From Eledone cirrhosa (taxonomy: Eukaryota): a stretch of 64,000 nt of DNA. Every line of letters starts with the position of its first letter. Positions within the stretch are counted from its first letter, which is position 1. The notes below the pieces were generated by a model. The model was not told the origin of the DNA, did no database searches, and saw nothing but the letters and a program-made list of their open reading frames with translations. The stretch lies in NCBI GenBank assembly GCA_964016885.1, contig OZ024741.1, positions 127,100,001 to 127,164,000 on the forward strand, in the 5' to 3' direction. Positions 57,316 to 64,000 of this stretch are shown here, in pieces. The translations under genes were made by a program, and so were the position numbers.

Positions 57316-57590
57316 GGCGCATAGCTTAGTGGTTAGAGCAGTAGGCTTGCAATCGAAAGGTTCAATTCTCGTATCGGGCGATGTGTTGTTTCCTTGAGCA
57401 AGACACTTTATTTCACGTTGCTCCAGTTTACTCAGCTGAAAATGAATACCAGCAATAGCTGGGGGTTTAACTGTGCGATGGACTGGCGTCCTGTCTAGGG
57501 GGGAGTCTTGTACTCTCAGTCGCTTCACGCCATGAATCCGAGATAAGCACCGGCCAAATGAGCCTTCTGGCTTAAGACAGACTTTAGACT
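57313..57590 (+). mobile_element. tRNA-SINE with conserved central domain (CORE/V/Meta-like); partial inverse copy at 57826-57930
   Basis: TAGCTTAGTGG A-box, GGTTCAATTC B-box, CCTTGAGCAAGACACTT. Confidence 0.8.
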
Positions 57591-57997
57591 TACGGCCTGC
57601 CCGCCCAGCCAGTGGAATAGCGTCATCGTATGGCTAAAACAGCACGTACTGTGACCAGCGGCGCCAATTGACGCTCGACAGACTGGTTGGTCAAGGTGAT
57701 CAAGGTGATATATATATATATATATCGACAGTCAATCGACTTTCGTCAAGTTGGACCGAAGAAACAATGTTTCCATTGGTCTTTCCAATTGCTAATACTA
57801 TCTATTGGTCGCAGCTCCAGGTGGAAGGAGCAACGTGAAATAAAGTGTCTTGTTCAAGGATATAATACACCACCCGGTCCGGAAATCGAACTCACAACCT
57901 CAAAATTGTGATTCCAATTCTTAACCACTCAGTGTGTGATTGTGTGTGTGAGTGTGAAACTGATACAAAATGGAAGAAACTCAGATGTAGATATTAC

Positions 57998-58224
57998 TGC
58001 AAATACAGCTGTTTGCTATAAATAATATCTTATAAAATCGAGTAAAATAAGTCAATTGCAGGGAAAAGAGATCATCAGCCGCTACGGAAATTTGAACATC
58101 ACATCGTTCAGAAAGATATGGAGTTCCATCATCCATACCGTCCCCTGGTGACATTTTTTCAGCCTCTAGGGTTATTTTACCCGATTTTTTAAGCTATTAC
58201 TTATAGCTATCAGCTGCATTTGCA
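57998..58224. repeat. Imperfect inverted repeat (old MITE/foldback)
   Basis: tgcaaatacagctg...gtaaaataa versus ttattttac...cagctgcatttgca. Confidence 0.7.
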
Positions 58225-58400
58225 ATTATTTCTGTCTGCGTTTCTTACATTTTCTGTGAGCTTCATAATTCTTCTGCGCTTCGTCACGAAAGTTCCATGC
58301 TTTATTTATGTATACATACGTACATACATACATACATACATACATACATACATACATACATACATACATACATACATACATACATACATACATACATACA

Positions 58401-59001
58401 TGGTGGCTGCCAACTCGTTTTCGAGTACGGCCACTACTTTATATCCATGTAGGAGAACTCCTACCGATGCGCTGAACGAGTGTGACTTTATAGTCCAGCC
58501 AGCGACTTGAAAACTCTGGTACAAACACTACACTTGTGACAATTATTGACACATAGTGCTGGGCCCATGGTACCATGTGACGACAAGTGCAGAGAGATCT
58601 CCAGATATAAAGCAATGCCTGTGCCGTGAAGCTTTTATAGTGAGCAAAGGCACTGCACAAAGCCAGTCCCACTCTCTTAACCAAGATGATATTTACCAAA
58701 AAGAAGAACAAGTCAACATCATTGGATACCATCAGAGTTGCAGGTGTTATATCAGAGTTTTCCTTCTCCTAGAAGTCTGCCTTGACAAAGGCTAAGGGGT
58801 CATCTCTCCCGGTGATTTTGGATAGCCATTGACTCTTAAGAGCTCCTTTGACAGGTTTTGTTTTTAGTCCTGCAGGATGTCCAAAGTCACCCTCCTCACC
58901 AAGAAACCTTGGTGGGGTTGCCAGTTTAGTCGCCAACGACCCGACCATGAGACAGGTTGTACTGGGATACATGTTACCAGTAGCACCAACTGGTGACCTG
59001 A
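58401..59001 (-). mobile_element. Non-autonomous RTE derivative, longer copy, flanked by (CATA)n
   Basis: RTE 5'UTR-like motif plus C2H2 C-terminal remnant; homologous to 30065-30473. Confidence 0.75.
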
Positions 59002-59055
59002 CATACATACATACATACATACATACATACATACATACATACATACATACATACA

Positions 59056-59087
<32 letters not shown>

Positions 59088-59124
59088 CATATACATATAT
59101 ACATATATACATATATAAATATAT

Positions 59125-59155
<31 letters not shown>

Positions 59156-59156
<1 letters not shown>

Positions 59157-59344
59157 ACGAAGGAATTGTGCTAAGGAACCAGATGGACCATAACGCACCA
59201 AAATACTCAATACTTAGTGCAGTAGAGTGGGTAATAGGAACAAGCATGACCCCGACAGCAGAGCTCAAGCCGTTTCGACGGCTATTTCAGTCCAGAAATA
59301 GACGTCGAAACGGCTTGAGCTTTTCCGTCGGGGTCATACTTGCT

Positions 59345-59348
<4 letters not shown>
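59156..59348. mobile_element. Family B mini-foldback
   Basis: Left arm with tail 59156-59288; right arm 59289-59348 ending CCTAT(AT)n. Confidence 0.85.
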
Positions 59349-59428
<80 letters not shown>

Positions 59429-59577
59429 GGGTAAAAGATGTGTGGATCATGTTGACGAAATTCAAATCTCACACACACGTGTATGTGTGTGTGTGTGTAT
59501 GTATATATATATATATGAATATAAATATACATATATATATATACATACATATATATATATATATATGAATATATATG

Positions 59578-59608
<31 letters not shown>

Positions 59609-59692
59609 ATATGTGTTAGTTAATCACCCACACTATTGTAGGCAAAATAGAGCACTCAACAAAGTAGGTCCACGTACTCCATAATATAACTT

Positions 59693-59880
59693 TAATAATT
59701 GTTTCTACTTTAGGCACAAGGCCAGCAATTACACAGTACATTACTGGTACTTTATTTTATCGACCCCGTAAGGATGAAAGGCAAAGTTAACCTCGGCGGG
59801 ATTTGAACTCAGACTGTAAAGGGACGTAACTATGCTAGAAAGCATGGCGTCCGACTCTCTACAGATACTGCCAATTCCCC
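59693..59880 (-). mobile_element. tRNA-derived SINE
   Basis: Reverse complement of the 6457 family. Confidence 0.85.
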
Positions 59881-59889
59881 TTTAATAAT

Positions 59890-60408
59890 GAAGTACAAAT
59901 CAACAAGCTAGAATTTATTTCATTTATTCATTATACAATTGCCCTTATATATATTTCGATGATAACTGTTATGCAACAGTTATGATATAACTCGTCGGCG
60001 CTTTGAGAAAGCAACACCAATGATCAGCCCGGGACATATCAATGAATTGAAACAGCAGGAGAAATCTTTTTTTCTTCCTGTTCTTTCTGTTCAACTATTA
60101 GCTGTCTGATAACTATTGCATAAGTTATCATCGAAATATGTAATATATATAACAGTAATTGTATAATGAATTAATGACGTAAATTATAACCTGTTGGCTT
60201 GTATTTAATTATATATATATATGTATATATAAGAAATGTAAATCTGAGTTTTTTTTAATATTGATAATAATATTCGAATAAGATCTCAACACAATTTCAT
60301 GCCATCTAAGGTTTCTTCAACCAGCATAGGACATATATATTCTATATCAACAATATACTGATTGAAGTTTGAAAGCATAGGTAGCATGATTTTGTGGTGA
60401 GATCTTAT
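59890..60408. repeat. Two old imperfect inverted repeats (59890-60210, 60278-60408)
   Basis: tcattatacaatt..ttcgatgataact versus agttatcatcgaa..aattgtataatga; aagatctca.. versus ..tgagatctt. Confidence 0.65.
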
Positions 60409-60484
60409 ACATACAATATATTTTGACTCTTTTTCCTTGATCTATTCTTCGGAAAATCTTATATGAATGTGTGTGGGGGGTGAG

Positions 60485-60630
60485 GTGTAGACATAGCTGT
60501 GTAATTATGGAGTTATGATTCTGGGTTCAGTCTCATTGAGCGTCACTTTAGGCAAGTGTCTTTTACTATTGCCTCCGGGTTGATCAAATTTACTTGTGAA
60601 GGTAGACAGAAACTACAGAGAAGCCTGTCG
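60485..60630 (+). mobile_element. Degenerate SINE
   Basis: GGTTCAGTC B-box-like motif, TTAGGCAAGTGTCTT, ends GAAGCCTGTCG(TA)n. Confidence 0.55.
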
Positions 60631-61066
60631 TATATATATATATATATATATAGTGCGATGTATATGTGTGTTCATTTCCTCTAACTTAGCGGTTCAATAA
60701 TATATGTACCAGATTTCAAATAATAATTTCCCGAATCGATATGATCGCTAAATTGTATCAACGTGCTACTCCAGCATTGGTGCAGTCTAATAACTAAACC
60801 CATTAAAAGACAAATATACGTATGCATATGTATGTGTTACTGAGTTGGTGATGGGGTGGGTGTATGGGTGGCTATTTTTAATGAGAAACTTTCAAAATTA
60901 AATTTCCGGTAATTAAAATTTCTGTGTTGTTGGTGTATAAGAAATATTGGAAATAGTGGCGAAAAAGCAATAGATCTGGTAACAACGCAATCAATAATTA
61001 TACATTGATTTTCATATATATATATGTGTGTATATATATATATATGTGTGTGTGTATATATATATA

Positions 61067-61374
<308 letters not shown>

Positions 61375-61379
<5 letters not shown>

Positions 61380-61870
61380 ATGATATTAATAAATGGAAAC
61401 TATATTTATAAAACCATATTTATTCTATTATATATATTTCAAGGGTACCAAAACTTTGGTGCGCACTCATCAGATAAAATACAAAATTTGTTTTATAAAT
61501 AGTGACATACCCAGGAATCAGACCTTAACAGTTCAGGTTCCGTTTGCATAGTGAGAGAATAGAGGTAAAAAGAAAAAAGGGGAAGTAAGGAAAAAGAACA
61601 AATATTTCAAATTATGTTGATGAATATGCAAATGAAGTTGCTGATTCCTGGGTATGTCACTATTTATAAAACAAATTTTGCATTTTATCTGATGAGAGCG
61701 TACATAAGTTTTGGAACCCTTGAAATATATATATTAGAATAAATATGGTTTTATAAATATAGTTTCCATTTATTAATATCATTGATATTATACTCCAGAA
61801 AATCTGTCGAGTGCTTTGAATCTGTTATAAATATATTTGTTGAATTACCAACAAATTAAATATCCCTTTG

Positions 61871-61875
<5 letters not shown>
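61375..61875. mobile_element. Family A foldback with hammerheads at 61421-61481 (-) and 61682-61741 (+)
   Basis: Arms ~61375-61521 and ~61642-61788; right-only tail. Confidence 0.88.
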
Positions 61876-61938
<63 letters not shown>

Positions 61939-63156
61939 TATATATGTGATTTGTGACGAAATATCGTAGAAGGTTAACCAATTGTAAGGTAAATGAAACG
62001 ATCAAAAATATTCTAGTCTATTATTGTAGATAATTTATTTTCTTTCTTTTTTGTCATTTTTTTCTTCTTATTTTCCAAGATATTCCCTCATATATATGCG
62101 TGGGTGTGTGGGTGTATTCATATATATATATATATACACATACATACATATATAGATATATATATAATATATATATATTTACACTCATACACACACAAAC
62201 ATATACACGTATGTGTGTACCTTTATATATATATATACGTGTATGTGTGTGTTTAGAAATTCCCACATATCTCCGTAGCCCTTCTGTAACGACCACCACA
62301 CCTTTGTTGGCATACAATATTTGCTAAACTTTAAATATTTCATTCGATTAATATTTCACAGAATCGATATTACCGTATGAAAGAAAAGCATTTTTATTTC
62401 GAAAAAGCCGATAAAAATTTCTGCCAATTCATTTGGCATTTATATCATTCAAAATAACTTTTAAAAAGAAACAAATCAAAGAAGCAAACAAATATAAAAT
62501 TAAAATATTTTACATTTCCTTTGTGACGTCATATTTATTATAGACTTCATTGATGTTCTTAATTTTCCTATGACGTCATATGTCCACGAATAGGCTAACA
62601 TGGTGTCCCTGCTAAGCTATTTATATTGTGAGTTATACTTGAGTTACGATCATTCCATTAATACTCTTTCTTACCACACACAACTCTATAGTAAACTCTT
62701 TCTATCTCATAAAGTATACCAACTAATTACACCCATACACAAGACCACCTAACTCTTTTTTTCATTTCATGATATCATTCAACTACAACGCCATTTTTCA
62801 TTGTTCATTTTTGGTGAATAACATCACCTATTTTTCACACCAATCACAACCAATCGTGTAAAAAATAAGGTCTCTTCCTGACGCATGGCGTGTCATGGGC
62901 ACTTTAAACTTGGCGGAGCCCATCACTTTTCAGGTCGGAGTGGTACCTTATTTATCCACCTTTAAAAGATAAAATTCACCTGGGTGGGATTTGAACTCAA
63001 AGAACAGAGAACCGGAACAAATTCCGAGCTGTTCTTAAACCCGGACTCAAACAATTCTACTAATTAGCCTCCTAAGCTAACTATGATTATTTCTATTCCG
63101 TTAAATTAATTGCTAGGCTATAAGTTATATATTCTTAGACTAAAACTGTTCAAATA

Positions 63157-63380
63157 CAGGGTGTTTCAAAAAAATCAGATATCATTTAAGATATAGATAT
63201 CATAGAAACTACAAAATCTAAGGCAACGAGACGGAGTAAGCTGTTGTGTAACTGGAATGTTGAGCAGCATAAGATTTATTCCTCAAAATTTGTCATCATT
63301 ATGACACTAACTCACAATATATAGTGGTAGTTTCTGGGACATTTACATCTCAAATAATACCTAATTTTTGGAACACCCTG
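63157..63380. mobile_element. Tc1/mariner MITE
   Basis: TIRs CAGGGTGTTTCAAAAA / TTTTTGGAACACCCTG with TA on both sides. Confidence 0.85.
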
Positions 63381-63790
63381 TATATATATATATACGAGTG
63401 TGTGTGTGTGTGGTGTTGAACTTCCGTTGGTTACGTCAATGACTGTTCCCGGTCAGGGAATCGGACATGTTCTCACAGCACGTTCCTTCTGTCGTTTCAA
63501 CTGGCAAAAATTATTGAACCTGTAAACCAAGGGAGCCAGCCTTGTCACACACTGTCACGCTGAATTTCCCAGAGAACTTTGTTAATGTTTGAGGGATGCT
63601 CAGCTACTTGTACGTGCACGTTAATTTCACGAGCAAGCACTTCCATTGATTGAATCAACTGGAACACTCATCATCGGAAACGACGGAGGTCCAATCTGGT
63701 GTATTAAGACACCTCTGTATTTAACTGTAATTTATTTTATTAAAGATTTTCCATACTCCCTTAATCGTCTTTAATCAATTAATGAGGACG

Positions 63791-64000
63791 GTGGATTGGC
63801 AGTATCGGTAGAGCTTCGAACAACATGCTTTGTGGCATATAGTTACGTCCATTTACGTTCTGAGTTCAAACCATACCGAGATTTGCTTTGTCTTTCATCC
63901 TTACGGGGTCGATACAATAAAGTACCAGTCAAGAACTGGTGTCGATATAATCGACTTTCCCCTCCCCATAAATTGTTGGCCTTGTACCTAAATTAGAAAT
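63791..64000 (+). mobile_element. tRNA-derived SINE (older subfamily)
   Basis: TGGCAGTATCGG, GAGTTCAAA, AATAAAGTACCAGT. Confidence 0.8.

Noticed and set aside
57313-57385. tRNA gene
   Set aside because: No full cloverleaf; continues into a SINE body
58880-59001. HDV-like ribozyme in the RTE 5' region
   Set aside because: Could not assemble the nested double pseudoknot by eye

Overview
Eukaryotic, AT-rich DNA saturated with microsatellites. The SINE and microsatellite makeup resembles octopus (coleoid cephalopod) DNA; this is an inference. The window is almost entirely retroelement-derived: two Tx1/L1 LINEs (one near full-length, 7.6-13.1 kb), R4/Dong restriction-like-endonuclease LINE fragments of two types, RTE, CR1 and HERO-like remnants, tRNA-SINEs, MITEs, and many Penelope-like elements (PLEs). 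The PLEs include two inverted Neptune-like copies and several Naiad-like GIY-YIG fragments. The only candidate host coding sequence is a putative terminal exon at 55334-55574. The most striking hidden structure is about 25 type I hammerhead ribozyme (HHR) motifs from at least 10 PLE families, read by eye with compensatory changes and non-canonical cores (U3-A8). Most sit in head-to-head foldback insertions in (TA)n. One arm carries the full 3' tail and the other stops at an internal TAT(A). Several tiny insertions begin at the predicted scissile bond. Different retroelement clades also appear to partition different microsatellites as targets: (TA)n, (TAA)n and (CATA)n. All structures were read manually, with no alignment or folding software, so boundaries are approximate.
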